Part shown: piece after piece, positions 34,760-64,000 of the stretch
Layout of the letters: each line of letters begins with the position of its first letter
Numbering within the stretch: the stretch's first letter is position 1
From: Yuukianura sp. NJ FZ-2021
Lineage: Eukaryota
Assembly (NCBI GenBank): GCA_046563655.1
Contig: CM102285.1
Location: forward strand, 5,332,001-5,396,000
DNA: 64,000 nucleotides
Direction of reading: 5' to 3'
Position numbers and translations under genes: made by a program
The notes under the pieces: model-generated
Seen by the model: only the letters and a program-made list of their open reading frames with translations
Databases searched by the model: none
What the model was told of the DNA's origin: nothing

Positions 34760-37024
34760 CTACGCTCGAAGTAGTTCTGTCAGCGCTTCTATCCGTTCGT
34801 CTCCACGAAATGCGATTAGTCCGCCGGTATTTGAAAAGTTCTTCTGGATACTTGCGTCGTCTCGTTTGTAGGTAATTTCGTATGTTCCTAGCGAATTTGG
34901 AATGTTCCTCAAGTGACCTTCAAATGAATCCACACCTCCTCCTAAAGACTTCAGAATTGCGTGAGGAGCACAAGTGTCCCTGCAGTAAAAATATACAAAA
35001 GAATCAAAAATAAAGTAAATAAATATATCCTGAAGATATTCTTAAATTTTGTGTCGTCGATGCTTGTTTACCAGCTATAGGTGGAGTTCTTCGAGAGCAC
35101 ATAAAAATCAGCAAGGCCAGTGATGACACACAGTAACTTATAGCCAGCCCCTGGTGCCTGTGTTATTTGGAACTGCGAACTTAGCAAGTTCTTGATATGT
35201 TCTTCCTCGTTGTCGCTTATTATAATCACAAGCGGCGAAGATTTCGGTGTAGGTGGAATGTTTCCTAAATTATGGGCTCTAAAATCCGCGGCAGAAACTC
35301 CCCAGAACACGCGGCCCGTCCACCTAATGAAAACCAAGGAAAACTGGATTAATTATAATCTGCAGTGTAAAGGTAAACAGTCTTATTGCAACAGCAGCGG
35401 GGATCCTTGTTCATGGACGAGAAGCCATGACCTCTCTCTTCTGGACATTCGAAGCGTAGGTATTTTTCAGCTAGTTATGGCTGACGGTCTAGAACGATAC
35501 ACTATATCGTCCAAACGACCGTCGTCGTATCTATGTGTCCAGGAATTATACTTGAACTAAATACTAACGGAATAGGCCAGAATAACCGGTATTCCGGTAT
35601 TACCTTTCAGTTTCAGGCGTAAATTTCCAGAACGGTTGGTTAATGACCCCTATCATGGAGATCCCAGTTTCCAAAGAGTAAACACCAATGAGAACCGTGG
35701 CACAAGAAAGGCCCCCTTTTGTCCGGATTCGATCTTCGGTATCGTCGTCTGCTGTTTGAACTTGGCCTTTGATATATTCGCTCGTAGCATCTAACATAAA
35801 CATGATTTTAAATTAATATTTTTACATAAACCCATGCTGTTTGTTGCGGATTTACCAATTGGATCAATCCAAATCCCAAGCTGTGAAGTCTCTGTTACAT
35901 TCGTAGGGAGTTGTATGATATCGTCAATTACATTGCCCGGCAGTACTGCCGGACTGTAAACTTCCTTGGAGAGCATGTCGGCTGCTCGAGCATTTTGAAA
36001 CAAGACTCGTTGCAGACTTTGCTGAGTTTCTTCCAGGTTCCCTTTGACTGTAATTTTGACACTCTCTCCGGCACCATTCGTAAACAGGTTCGATTCTTCC
36101 CCGAAGATTTCTATTTCCGGAAACTAATGAAACCAAACAAGTATTAATTTGGTTATAGTAAACCGTTCTAGTCCGTTTTACTTAGTCGTTTTTTTGAGAA
36201 AAACATGACCTCAGACAACCCAAAAAATGACCTCTATAAAAGTTGTCGGGCTTGATGAGTAGATCATTTTTTGTCCTGTGACCTATGACCCTGTGACCTT
36301 TCGCAGAGGTCATAGGTCAATTTGAAGGTCAAAGCAAAAAAAAACTTTTTTTCATATTTTTCCACGAAACGAACGATTTTCATGGTCCCGATGACCTTCG
36401 TGACCCCAAAAGGTCAAAAACTCGTTTTTCTAACTTTTCATGAAAATGACCTTGGGAGTCACAAAGGTCATGGAGGTCATCGGGACCATGAAAATCGTTC
36501 GTTTCGTGAAAAAATATGAAAAAAAGTTTTTTTTTTGCTTTGACCTTCAAATTGACCTATGACCTCTGCGAAAGGTCACAGGGTCATAGGTCACAGGACA
36601 AAAATGATCTACTCATCAAGCCCGACAACTTTTATAGAGGTCATTTTTTGGGTTGTCTGAGGTCATGTTTTTCTCAAAAAAACGACTTGAGGTCATGTTT
36701 TTCTCAAAAAAACGACTAAGTAAAACGGACTAGAACGGTTTACTATAACCATTAATTTTAATATCAATAACGCTAATTTAAGAAAATGATACAATAGAAT
36801 AGGATGAGTTTTATTCTCACCGAACAACAAACATCGTTACGAACAGTTTCTTGTATCAAAACATCTGCAAGAGTTTTAAAATCTGGAACAAAAGTATCAT
36901 TTCTTTTTTTCCATTCCTTTTCTTCAATTAACAATTTGAAAAGTTCTTCCTCATGACGAATTAGTCGAGCAATGTTAGCCGCTTTCTCTGACGCGTACAC
37001 CAACACTTTCACTAAATCCCTCAT
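34760..37024 (-). CDS. INPP1: Inositol polyphosphate 1-phosphatase
   Basis: ASEKAANIAR, DFKTLADVLIQE, GIWIDPIDATSEY, GVINQPF, GAGYKLLCV and WDTCAPHAIL. Confidence 0.92.
36151..36750. mobile_element. Palindromic MITE in INPP1 intron 1
   Basis: Near-perfect inverted arms of ~250 bp starting GGTTATAGTAAACCG, 8-bp TSD ATTAATTT, and a ~29-bp tandem duplication in the right arm. Confidence 0.9.
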
Positions 37025-37630
37025 TATGAATCAATTGTCAGCTGTTTGATCGACGTTTCTTAAATTGACTAGTAAACTCATTTGGCGAATAAATTCATCA
37101 CTTCAGAATGCAGGAGCAGGATACCCTTTCGCATCTTGAAGGAAAATCTAAGGAGTAAATAAAAGATAAATAATATGTATATTCCGCGCAAAATAACTCG
37201 ACTAATAACGTTGTTTATGTTGCTCAAATTTTTAGGTAGCGAGGACAATTTTATAATCTTCTTTAAATCAGCCTTCTTTGTATTATTGTAATTCTTTGAG
37301 ATGGATTTAAAACTGGATCCCTAGTGCAAATTACGTAGTACGTGTGTGTTCATGGGAAAGTAGGGTTAGGTTTTCTTACGAACTCCTGAAACCGGCGTTA
37401 CGCGGGGTCTCAGAAAGTAGCGAAAGCGAAAATATTAAACTTCTTTTTTCTTGGAAAGTATCATGGAAAGATATGAAATCCTATTCTTTCAAGGTAAACT
37501 TAAAAAATTTATTTTGTTCTAGGAGACCGTGTAAGAGGACCTTATAAATATGCATGAAAAAATGCGTCACGTCCACGTGCGACAAATAATAATAACGTGA
37601 GTGAGTATAGGTTATGTTTAATTAAGAAAC

Positions 37631-39131
37631 TTATGCTTCGACGTAATCCACCAATGGCTTTGGAGGGGCACTGAAAATGATTTTGCGTGTAGTCAGCGAT
37701 CGAACTGTGTAGACAGGTTTACCCTTCGCTGTTATTGTTTTCTCCAAGACTGCAAATGGTTTCGACATCTCTTGAATTTTGCCATACAGAATGTGATGAC
37801 CAATGATGAGCACTGGTATGCCCTGTAAATTTTTATGAATTATCGGTTGGGGTAAAGCCTCTTTCACACCGGATACGTCGTAACAACTGCCGACGGCAGT
37901 TGTGCCGGCGTAACAAACTGCCGTAGATAGTTGTTGAAGGGTTTCACACTGCACCACCGGTTCTTTTTACGCCGTAAATTTTTTCTACGGAAAGTTACAC
38001 GCCGGTCTCGGTGTGATACAGCTTCATTTGGTCACAATTCTTGACAGGCGCCTTTCAGTTTCATATGGGAAGTAAATGAATTGAAAACAACCAAATGATT
38101 ACAAGTATTCATGTGTAATTGCTCTATTACCATGCTTTGGGAGGAGTAGCCAACGTATTTCCCTATAGGGTGATGTATTAACACAAATTAATAGCTAATT
38201 AGCACAATTAGCTATTAATTAACACTTAAACAATGTTATACTTTTGTTTTTCCTACTTCGGTACTGCTGATTACGTAGAAAGAAGGAGGGAAGGATGATC
38301 AGCTGGGATGAGATGGGAACTGTCCGTCCGGAGTTGGTCCAAAAGTTGAAACTTTTCAACTTTTGGGGGTCCCATCTTCTCCTGTAGGAAGAGTTGACGG
38401 CGTAAAATGTGACGGCGGCAGCCGTGAGGCAATGTGAACACCTCACCCGTCTTCCGCCGTCAACTTTCTCTTCCGTCGTCCAACTCACCGGCGGTGAGTT
38501 GCTTTGGTGTGAATGGATACGCCGTCACAACTGCCGTCGGCAGTTGTTACGACGTATCCGGTGTGAAAGAGGCTTAAGATTTAACGATAGTTATAGATTT
38601 TCGCCGCACGGTGTAGCAATTTTTTGGGAGGCTACCGGGCAGCGCTACTTATGGAGTGGCTCAATGGGCGGCTGGAAATTCCAGCCTGGAATTACATTCG
38701 TTAAACTTTATCTTGACCGAATTATTAGGGTATGTTCTGATGTATATTCATTCAGTAAATCTGCTATTGAAAAGTGAAGGCGCGATGGCTTGCGGACAAG
38801 GAAAACACATCGTGCTTAATGCTGAAGCCATTGTGTACAGCAATCTGGAAAGATCCTTTATAATGTTTGTAACGCCATTTACATGGGGATGGAAATCGAG
38901 AGCGGTGTTGCCAAAGACAATCGGTTACATTGATAGCGTCCGCAATTCTGATTCACTGATTCCTGAGCCACACAACAAAATTACAAAAGTCTAAACTTAC
39001 AAAATTAGCTTACCGACTTAGTATAATGGAAATCAGCAACTAATTTCCTGGTCAGCGAATCCCGGGTACTGAATTGAAGTTCACCTTGAAACTCAATGAG
39101 ACACCATGCTTCTTGTTGTCGTAAATTCGAG
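37631..39131 (-). CDS. CTF8: Chromosome transmission fidelity protein 8 (first exon uncertain, possibly ATGAA at ~40206-40210)
   Basis: Exon 39131-39014 ([21 protein letters not shown]) splices in frame to exon 37822-37631 ([31 protein letters not shown]). Confidence 0.88.
37856..38574. mobile_element. PIF/Harbinger-type MITE in the CTF8 intron
   Basis: About 49-bp perfect TIR AGCCTCTTTCACACCGGATACG..., with TAA TSD on both sides. Confidence 0.9.
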
Positions 39132-40303
39132 CTGAAATCACAAATGAAGGCGACACTAAGATACCATACAATATTAGCGGATATTTGTTGGGACTGGGAG
39201 ACGCTCCGCTACCACTGCCCATTACCGTTACGATGTGAACGATTCCACTGACGTCACCCTCTTCTCTCCCGCGCAATAAAATGGAAATAAGTGCATTTTC
39301 GCAACTTAAGCTATTTGGAAATTGCATTACACAAAGACTTACGGAACGTTAATGAGGATTTGCATCGTTCCAAAGCAAGATTTATCTATCGGTATAAATT
39401 ACGTGAGCACTTGGTATAATTAGAAGGGAACAACAAACGTTTGAATGAATTTAATAGAACTGAACTGAGAGTTCAAGAAATCCACATAACGCTTACTCCA
39501 ACCGGCTGGTACAGTCATTGGAAAATAAACTGAAGGATGACTATTTCTCATAATCCTCAGAGATTCAGATATGCACAGATTTATTACGGTTATTGACGTT
39601 TGTCATTGTCATAACTGTGTTCCTTCTGTACAACCTTTTTTTGATACTGCAGAGCGTGATCTTTCACGCGTTATTATCTGTTAGATGATCAGCACCAATA
39701 AAAATCCAACACGCCTAGCTAACAAAGAATTAGGAAGCATTCCATCTTCATACTTCAAATCGTGTCGTACTTAGCCTGCCGAAAGAGACATTGCGGAGAT
39801 AAGTCAGAATTCAGCGTATTAGTTACACCAAACTCGCGGCTCGTTGAAAGGTTTCCGTTGCAGGAAGGTTTTACGTTAATCCTTGTATCACACATTGTAA
39901 CGGTAGGTGGTTATCGCTACACTGCCTGCAAAGTTTTAATGCCGTTTTGGATTACGTTCTTGTAATAAATAATGCTGAATGGGGTACAAATGTAGCGACA
40001 AAAATGGTAGCTGCGGCGACACAGTGCGGGTAAGTTACAATAAAAGTGGTTAATCCTTACTTCAACCCCGGCTCTTTACTCTCCCATTGTGCCTTTTGCC
40101 GGAGGACTTGCAGAACACTCACCGACTTATCAATCAAGCCAACTGCTGGCAAATTAAACCTGAGTATATCGACATCACACTGTCGCCCTTTTTCGGTTTC
40201 CTTACTTCATCGTTGTTGACTTCTATTAAGGTTACAGTTGAAAACCTGTAGATCGGTCTCTGCATTAGAAGGAATAAAATTTACGAAGTGCAACAAACCG
40301 GAA

Positions 40304-42638
40304 ATGGCTCTGCCACATCGTTCAAGTAGATCGGATCGAGGACAACGAAAGGAAAATGGGTGTCCGTTTGAGTTCATTCAAATGGACAGTTTGGTAAGTC
40401 ACTTGAAGTTGGAAAAACTATCGTTTTCCATTTCAACGATTATGAAGTGAATGTTTACAATTACCAATGTATTACGGCATGTAAATGCAATCATATGTAG
40501 TCTGTAGTAGTAAGTTGATGCCCGATGTTATGCAGGGTTTGTGAATTGTGATTCGGCACCCAAAGTTTGGAATTACAAACCCGCACCCGACATCTAAAGG
40601 ATCCTTAATTCACCCGTGTCCGGTTGACAGACAAAACCGATCCCCACCAATTCGCGTCGCGATGAGTTGAGAAAAAAAAGGTTAAAAGGTTCAATCTTGT
40701 TCTGCGTCGGGAATTCTACTTAACTCAGTCGTGGCGTAATCGGTCGTCTAATTCTGAAGCTAAAAAGACCTAAAAAGAAAAAAGAAAGAAGTTTCATGTC
40801 ACAAAGTTTAATTGCACACTTTTAGCAAAACTAGAAATGGATTTGTAGGTATTTTTCCTTCCTCCAGTTCGTAGTATTACGTTTACTGAAAAATGATGGT
40901 GCTCTTTACTAACTCGGTATAATTTTTTGTTACAGGCACTTATGAAAATTATCAAGCATTGCTATGAGGAGCGGTCAAACATTGAGGTTCCGCGTGGAGG
41001 TTTGCTCGGCCTGGTGATTGAAAATCGTCTGGAAATTACAAATACTTTTGCCTTTCCAATCACGAAAGCCGATGAACCAATTGATGAAGGTAAACTGATA
41101 ATAACCATGCACTTTTCGTGCATTAAATGTTGAAGTTGACCAGCGTTCGGGGAACAACTATTGTTTTGCAACAACGGTTACCGTTTTTCTTTCAAGTTTG
41201 GAGGGATAGGAATCGCGATGTTCACTTGAGATTAGAGATTTCTATCTTTATGTTTCGTGTTGAAAAATTTCCAAACAGCTGGAATTGTGTATCTCACATT
41301 TTTTTCAAAAGACAGTACATTTACTAGTAATTAATGATAATTCTTTACTTATTTTTAGAGTATACGACAAGTATGATTCTGCATATGAAGAAGATCAATC
41401 AAGACTATCTTCATGTGGGTTGGTATCAGAGTTGCGAGATAGGATCCTTTGTTAGCTACGAATTCGTCGTAGCCCAACTTGGCTACCAGGACTCAATCGA
41501 GGAATCAATTGTTGTCATTTATGGTAATCAATTTTTTTAAATCGTTTGTTGTGATTTGCTTAATATGGTATTTTCTGGAATCTTTTTCTTTTTAAACTCC
41601 ACCTAAGTAACGAAAAGAGGCAGCAGGCAGCCCTACTTTGACATTTGATTTTTTCTTACAGATCCAAAGAAAACTGTGCGTGGATTCTTATCTTTGAAAG
41701 CTTACCGTCTGACACCCGCCGTGCTGAAAATGTTATCTGAGAACGAACACTCTGTTTCTCCTGAATATGTCAAAAACCTTCATCTGAGTTTTGACAAGAT
41801 GTTCCATGAGGTTCCAATAATAATCCGTAACTCTCCATTGGCGAATGCTTTGTGTTGCCAAATTGTGGAAATGAAACCGACTGACAATGGAAACCAGTTT
41901 TTGGACTTGGGAACGTCGTAAGTTTTCACATTGACTAACATACCGAAAACATGGTTTTAAATAGTACTCTATCCTGTTATTCCTAGTACCACGCGCCATT
42001 TCCCGCCGTACAATTTTGAGTTAGTTATTTTAAATATTACAGGATAATTGCACAGCAACAAATCCAGTTTTTTTAAAATCAGATTTTCACTACATTTTGT
42101 AACACATTTTCGCGGCGGGAAAGGACGGGTGAATTTGAAAACGGTACAATTGGTAGTTTGACGTTACGTGAATAAAATAATTTCTTTTGTTACACAGGTC
42201 AGTTTTGGAGAGTCAGCTAAAGACCTTGCTGGAGAAGGTAGACGACATACATCAAGAAGCTTACAAAACCAATAAGTGGGTCATGCAAATCACGAAGCAA
42301 CAACAGGAAAAGGGGAAATACATTCATCAAAGGGTAAGTACTAGTGGGTAAGGTAACTGGTTAGCATTAACTAAAAACGAACCACGTCAGTAAGACACCT
42401 CAATCGTTTTCAATAGGCTCTGGAAAACGCGGCGAGACAAGCCAAAGGAGAACCACCTTTGCCCGAAGAAGACTTGAGTAAGTTATTTCGGCCGATCCCG
42501 CCTCCCTCTCGACTTCCTCAGATGTTGGCCTCGAGTCAAGTGGAATTGTCGTGTCAAGAAATCAATTCATTCTGCGCTCAAGCATTGGGGAAACTGTTCA
42601 TCTCGGAAGCCCTACAGGCAACTCCAGGAGAGCAGTGA
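40304..42638 (+). CDS. eIF3h: Eukaryotic translation initiation factor 3 subunit H
   Basis: MKIIKHCYEE, GLLGLV..RLEITNTFAFP, HVGWYQS, YQDSIEESIVVIYDP, GFLSLKAYRLTP, EVPIIIRNS and GEPPLPEEDL..P..PSRL. Confidence 0.95.
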
Positions 42639-42803
42639 CCTACTTTCTCAATATGAATTAAGGTTTCTTAAATAAAATCCAACTCTGTGAAGTGATTTAC
42701 GGATAATTACAGACCTAACACACAGCTAAGATTCACATTCACAAAAGTAGGCGGAATTTTAATAAAAAAAAATAATAATTGAAGAAAGACAATGTTGTCA
42801 GAT

Positions 42804-58685
<15,882 letters not shown>

Positions 58686-59722
58686 TATAAGTTGTTCGAG
58701 TTCAATGAATAAAAAACAGACCAAATATCTTTACTATAACCGTAGAAATGCTGTGAAAATAACGTCACGAATTAATAGTTAACTCTAAACTTTAACTGAC
58801 CATAGTCGGGGAATAATGTTTCAATATTTAGTCTTTGTACGGGTCAAAATTCGGATTTCAAATCATTTAAAATGAACAATAAAAACTTTTCAGTTTGTTG
58901 ACGTCTTGGGTGAAGTAAGCCAACTCGCACCTCATTTGCAATCCCGAGTTATAATTACCATAGAAGCAAACCTCCTGCTGCTCGTGCCGTTTATTTCAAC
59001 CCTTAAACAGAACCTTGAAATGCGTTAAAATGTAGCTTGCGTTATACTCTAAGTTGCGTTAGGTTTATGCTTCGGTATGATGCAAATTATAGCTTTTAAG
59101 TTACCAGAATTCCACTCGAATAGGGGGTGTTATGTTATGGATACAACCATTGGCAATAAAACTTATGTCCCACACATGGCTGGAAGTGATGAATATAAAA
59201 TAAAATGTGCTGACCAATCCGCTGACTTCTCTGAATTTATATTTTCGGCTATCATATGACCATGGCTGATGCAAGGTTCTGAGTAAAAAAAAAGGTCTAC
59301 AGTGCTGTCCTAAGCAACATAACTTTGTAATGCTTTTTGATTTCGTTACAAGTATCTCTGAAAATGCTGTTTTCGTGAGACCAATCTTCACAAAAAGCGA
59401 CTTTGGCCGTGATTGGAAGTTTATTTCTCAAAATTTTGACCTAGGTCACTCGACCAACATGAGGTTATTCAAAACCTCTGTTATTTTTCATAATCAAAAC
59501 GAAACTTCAAAAAGAAAGGAAGGCTGAATTTCTTCGATGAATGAAGTGTTACTAACGATAAGACAATTTAAATTAAAAAAAATAAATTCACACTTTCAAA
59601 AATCAAAAATTCGCTTACAAAGAAAACGTTTTTACAATTTACCAAACCAAACGAAAATGTAATCAACAAATTAATGAGGCGATTTACAGATTCGCTTATA
59701 CGCAATTTCCCATAAGACTTAA

Positions 59723-60029
59723 GGTGCATATCCTATATGATTGGTTAGGCGCTCAAAAAACTACGACCACACTTTTCGCATTAGCACACGCTGCTCCACA
59801 TCCCGAGAATCTGCTACCGGACGAAAACTTGACCCTTCGTCCACAAAACATAGGTTTTCTGGATGACGTTCCAGAAATCCTCGGATTTTTGGCTTCTTTT
59901 CCTACGCATGGCCAAACGGTTGAAGATTCGTCAAATTGCAGATTCTCGGGATGTGGAGCAGCGTATGCTAATACGAAAAGTGTGGTCGTAGTTTTTTGAG
60001 CGCCTAACCAATCACACAGGAAATGCACC
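59723..60029. mobile_element. MITE with ~90-bp TIRs upstream of ATM
   Basis: GGTGCATATCCTATATGATTGGTTAGGCGCTC..GAGAATCTGC is inverted at the other end. Flanks TAA/TGA. Confidence 0.8.
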
Positions 60030-60404
60030 TGAAGATAGGGTCAGAGTTCACGAATTTTGTGTTTACAATTTACAATTTCGTATTACGTCACCAAGAGTTG
60101 GGGCAACCTGAGAATTGAGACTAAGAAATGGCTCACCCACTTCGTCTGAGTGAAAAAAATTTTTTTTTTCTTCGCCTGACAGTTTTAGAAAAACCACGAA
60201 TGGTTCTCAAATTTGAAATTTAACGCAGTGATTCGCGAGTTAGGCTGAGTTGTGCAAAATTTCAATCGTAAAGAATCCACCCGGTTGGGTTTTTCATGAT
60301 TACGTAGTTCTAAATTCTCAATTCTCAGTCGTTGCCATGTCTACAAAACGTTCTTTGGCGTTGTTTTTATTGACCTGATGTCTCTCCTTAAGCACAAAAA
60401 TAAC

Positions 60405-62125
60405 TTGCTAGTTTTGTAAAAATAATCCTCGAAATTGAGAAACAGTGGAAAAATTCGAAGAATAAGGAGTCCTGACCCAGGTGAGGAAGCGCTGAAATGC
60501 CCAATCCATTACATTATTTAACAAAAGTTATCCGATGAATCAACTCGCAAATTCCCGCGAACAGAATCTACTCTTTAAGCTGCTAATTTGATAAATTTTG
60601 ATAAATAAAATTGACGGAATTTCAAAATACAGCGACAAAATTCACAAATTAACGAATCGTGGCCCACGTCACTAAACCCTGAAACATACCCTGCAATGTA
60701 ACATTTAGCCGCAATATTCCGACGCGACCAATTGCAAAGTACTAAATTACCCCTAGTTTCTATTACCTGTTAATTTTGTAAAAATAATCCTCAAAAAAGT
60801 TTCAAGAAACAGTGGAAAAATTCGAAGAATAAGGTGGGCTGACCCAGGTGAGGAAGTGCTGAAATGCCCAATCCATTACATTATTTAACAATAGGTATCC
60901 GATGAATCGACTCGCAAATTCCCGGGAACAGAATCTACTCTTTAAGCTGCTAATTTGATAAATAAAATTGACGGAATTTCAAAATACAGCGACAAAATTC
61001 ACAAATTAACGAATCGTGGCCCACGTCACTAAACCCTGAAACGTCGCCTGCAATGTAACATTTAGCCGCAATATTCCGACGCGACCAATTGCAAAGTACT
61101 AAATTACCCGTAGTTTCTATTACCTGATAATTTTGTAAAAATAATCCTCAAAAATGTTTCAAGAAACAGTGACAAAATTCGAGAAATAAGGAGTCCAGAC
61201 CCATGTGAGAAAGCGCTGAAATGCCCAATCCATTGCATTATTTAACAAAAGTTATCCGATGAATCAACTTGCAGGCTTACGGATTCCCATCAACAGAATC
61301 TAAGCCTTTTCGGCTGACAATTTGATAAATAAAGCTGGTGGATTTTCAAAACGCAGCGGCAACACTCTCGAATTAATGAATCCTAGCCGCGTCATTAAAT
61401 CCTGAAACCTCGCCAGCAATGAAACATTTAGCTGCAGTATTCCGATGCCACAACTTGGAAAGTACTAAATTACCCCTAGTTTCTATTACCTGTTAATTTT
61501 GTAAAAATAATCCTCAAAAATGTTTTAAGAAACAGTGACAAAATTCGAAAAATAAGGAGTCCTGACCCAGGTGAGGAAGCGCTGAAATGCCCAATCCATT
61601 ACATTATTTAACAAAATTTACCCGATGAATCAACTTGCATTCCCGCGAACAAAATCTACTCTTTAAGCTGCTAATTTGATAAATAAAATTGACGGAATTT
61701 CAAAATACAGCGACAAAATTCACAAATTAACGAATCGTGGCCCACGTCACTAAACCCCGAAACGTCGCTTGCAATGTAACATTTAGCCGCAATATTCCGA
61801 CGCGACCAATTGCAAAGTACTAAATTACCACTAGTTTCTATTACCTGTTAATTTTGTAAAAATAATCCTCAAAAATGTTTCAAGAAACAGTGGAAAAATT
61901 CGAAGAATAAGGTGGGATGACCCAGGTGATGAAGTGCTGAAATGCCCAATCCATTACATTATTTAACAATAGGTATCCGATGAATCAACTCGCAAATTCC
62001 CGCGAACAGAATCCACTCTTTAAGCTGCTAATTTGATAAATAAAATTGACGGAATTTCAAAATACAGCGACAAAATTCACAAATTAACGAATCGTGGCCC
62101 ACGTCACTAAACCCTGAAACATCGC
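60405..62125. repeat. Tandem repeat, ~360-bp unit, ~4.7 copies
   Basis: TTTGTAAAAATAATCCTC recurs near 60413, 60775, 61132, 61497 and 61853. The third copy is the most diverged. Confidence 0.95.
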
Positions 62126-62148
62126 GGCGATGGTCCCCTTCCCCACTA

Positions 62149-64000
62149 AGTGGTCCATTTTTTTATCTCGATGGAGAACCGTGTTCTGGGGGGGGGGATT
62201 GGCATATTTAAATTTCTTTTAACCGCAACTTTGAGGTGGTTCATTTTTATCGGAAGGGAGAACCGTGTTCTGGTGTAGACATATGTAACTTTCTTTTAAG
62301 CCTAGCTTTGAAGTGGTCCATTTTTATCTCGATGGAGGACCATGTTCTGGGTTTGGCATATTTAAATTTCTTTTCAGCCTAACCTCGAGTTGGTTCATTT
62401 TTATCGCGAGGTAGAACCGTGTTCTGGGATTGGCATATTTAAATTTCTTTTAACCGCAACTTTGAGGTGGTTCATTTTTATCGGAAGGGAGAACCGTGTT
62501 CTGGTGTAGACATATTTAACTTTCTTTTAAGCCTAACTTTGAAGTGGTCCATTTTTATCTCGATGGAGAACCGTGTTCTGGGAATGGCATATTTAGATTT
62601 CTTTTCAGCCTAACCTCGAGTTGGTTCATTTTTATCGCGAGGTAGAACCGTGTTCTGGAGTTGGCATATTTAAATTTCTTTTAATCGCAACTTTGAGGTG
62701 GTTCATTTTTATCGGAAGGGGGAACCGTGTTCTGGTGTAGACATATTTAACTTTCTTTTAAGCCTTACTTTGAAGTGGTCCATTTTGATCTCGATGGAGA
62801 ACCGTGTTCTGGGAATGGCATATCTAAATTTCTTTTCAGCCTAACCTCGAGTTGGTTCATTTTTATCGCGAGGTAGAACCGTGTTCTGGAGTTGGCATAT
62901 TTAAATTTCTTTTAACCGCAACTTTGAGGTGGTTCATTTTTATCGGAAGGGAGAACCGTGTTCTGTTGTAGACATATTTAACTTTCTTTTAAGCCTAGCT
63001 TTGAAGTGGTCCATTTTTATCTCGATGGAGGACCATGTTCTGGGTTTGGCATATTTAAATTTCTTTTCAGCCTAACCTCGAGTTGGTTCATTTTTATCGC
63101 GAGGTAGAACCGTGTTCTGGGATTGGCATATTTAAATTTCTTTTAACCGCAACTTTGAGGTGGTTCATTTTTATCGGAAGGGAGAACCGTGTTCTGGTGT
63201 AGACATATTTAACTTTCTTTTAAGCCTAACTTTGAAGTGGTCCATTTTTATCTCGATGGAGGACCATGTTCTGGGTTTGGCATATTTAAACTTCTTTTCA
63301 GCCTAACCTCGAGTTGGTTCATTTTTATCGCGAGGTAGAACCGTGTTCTGGAGTTGGCATATTTAAATTTCTTTTAACCGCAACTTTGAGGTGGTTCATT
63401 TTTATCGGAAGGGAGAACCGTGTTCTGTTGTAGACATATTTAACTTTCTTTTAAGCCTAGCTTTGAAGTGGTCCATTTTTATCTCGATGGAGGACCATGT
63501 TCTGGGTTTGGCATATTTAAATTTCTTTTCAGCCTAACCTCGAGTTGGTTCATTTTTATCGCGAGGTAGAACCGTGTTCTGGGATTGGCATATTTAAATT
63601 TCTTTTAACCGCAACTTTGAGGTGGTTCATTTTTATCGGAAGGGAGAACCGTGTTCTGGTGTAGACATATTTAACTTTCTTTTAAGCCTAACTTTGAAGT
63701 GGTCCATTTTTATCTCGATGGAGGACCATGTTCTGGGTTTGGCATATTTAAACTTCTTTTCAGCCTAACCTCGAGTTGGTTCATTTTTATCGCGAGGTAG
63801 AACCGTGTTCTGGAGTTGGCATATTTAAATTTCTTTTAACCGCAACTTTGAGGTGGTTCATTTTTATCGGAAGGGGGAACCGTGTTCTGGTGTAGACATA
63901 TTTAACTTTCTTTTAAGCCTTACTTTGAAGTGGTCCATTTTGATCTCGATGGAGAACCGTGTTCTGGGAATGGCATATCTAAATTTCTTTTCAGCCTAAC
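62149..64000. repeat. Satellite: 231-bp higher-order unit of three diverged 77-bp monomers, ~8 units, running off the window end
   Basis: CGGAAGGG recurs at 62251, 62482, 62713, 62944 and 63175. Monomers share TGGT.CATTTTTATC..GAACCGTGTTCTGG..CATATTTAA. Confidence 0.97.

Noticed and set aside
37823..37957. N-terminal part of ORF 37631-37957 as CTF8 coding sequence
   Set aside because: It is intron plus MITE sequence. The real upstream exon is 39014-39131.
40658..40760. Possible C/D box snoRNA in eIF3h intron 1
   Set aside because: The C box is imperfect (GCGATGA) and no convincing terminal stem or rRNA guide match was seen.
59724..60028. Two mirror-image 91-aa ORFs
   Set aside because: Artefact of the MITE's inverted repeats.
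62149..64000. CRISPR-like periodic array
   Set aside because: There are no unique spacers, whole units repeat, the context is eukaryotic and no cas genes are present.

Overview
Eukaryotic sequence from a compact animal genome. Short GT-AG introns, a wit/BMPR2 gene and scattered TTAGG motifs point to an arthropod, but the species cannot be determined. There are three zones. (1) 1-20 kb is a nest of decayed, co-oriented Ty3/gypsy-type LTR retroelement pieces: five related LTRs, a tRNA-Gly PBS, two pol remnants and nested DNA transposons. It carries unusual cargo: an intronless secreted matrix metalloproteinase, two diverged copies of an apparently catalytically dead Rrp6/RNase D-like ORF directly before the 3' LTR, a BIR/IAP-like domain, a conserved antisense block and other orphan ORF relics. 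(2) 20.7-58.7 kb is a dense block of spliced host genes: a 4CL/luciferase-like acyl-CoA synthetase, an orphan membrane protein, EFHC1, BMPR2/wit, INPP1, CTF8, eIF3h and ATM, with several intronic MITEs. (3) 60.4-64 kb holds a ~360-bp tandem repeat followed by a 231-bp (3x77) higher-order satellite. The best candidate for an undescribed system is the LTR element family with Rrp6-like, MMP and possibly IAP accessory genes. All protein assignments are by eye from motifs; no database search was run.
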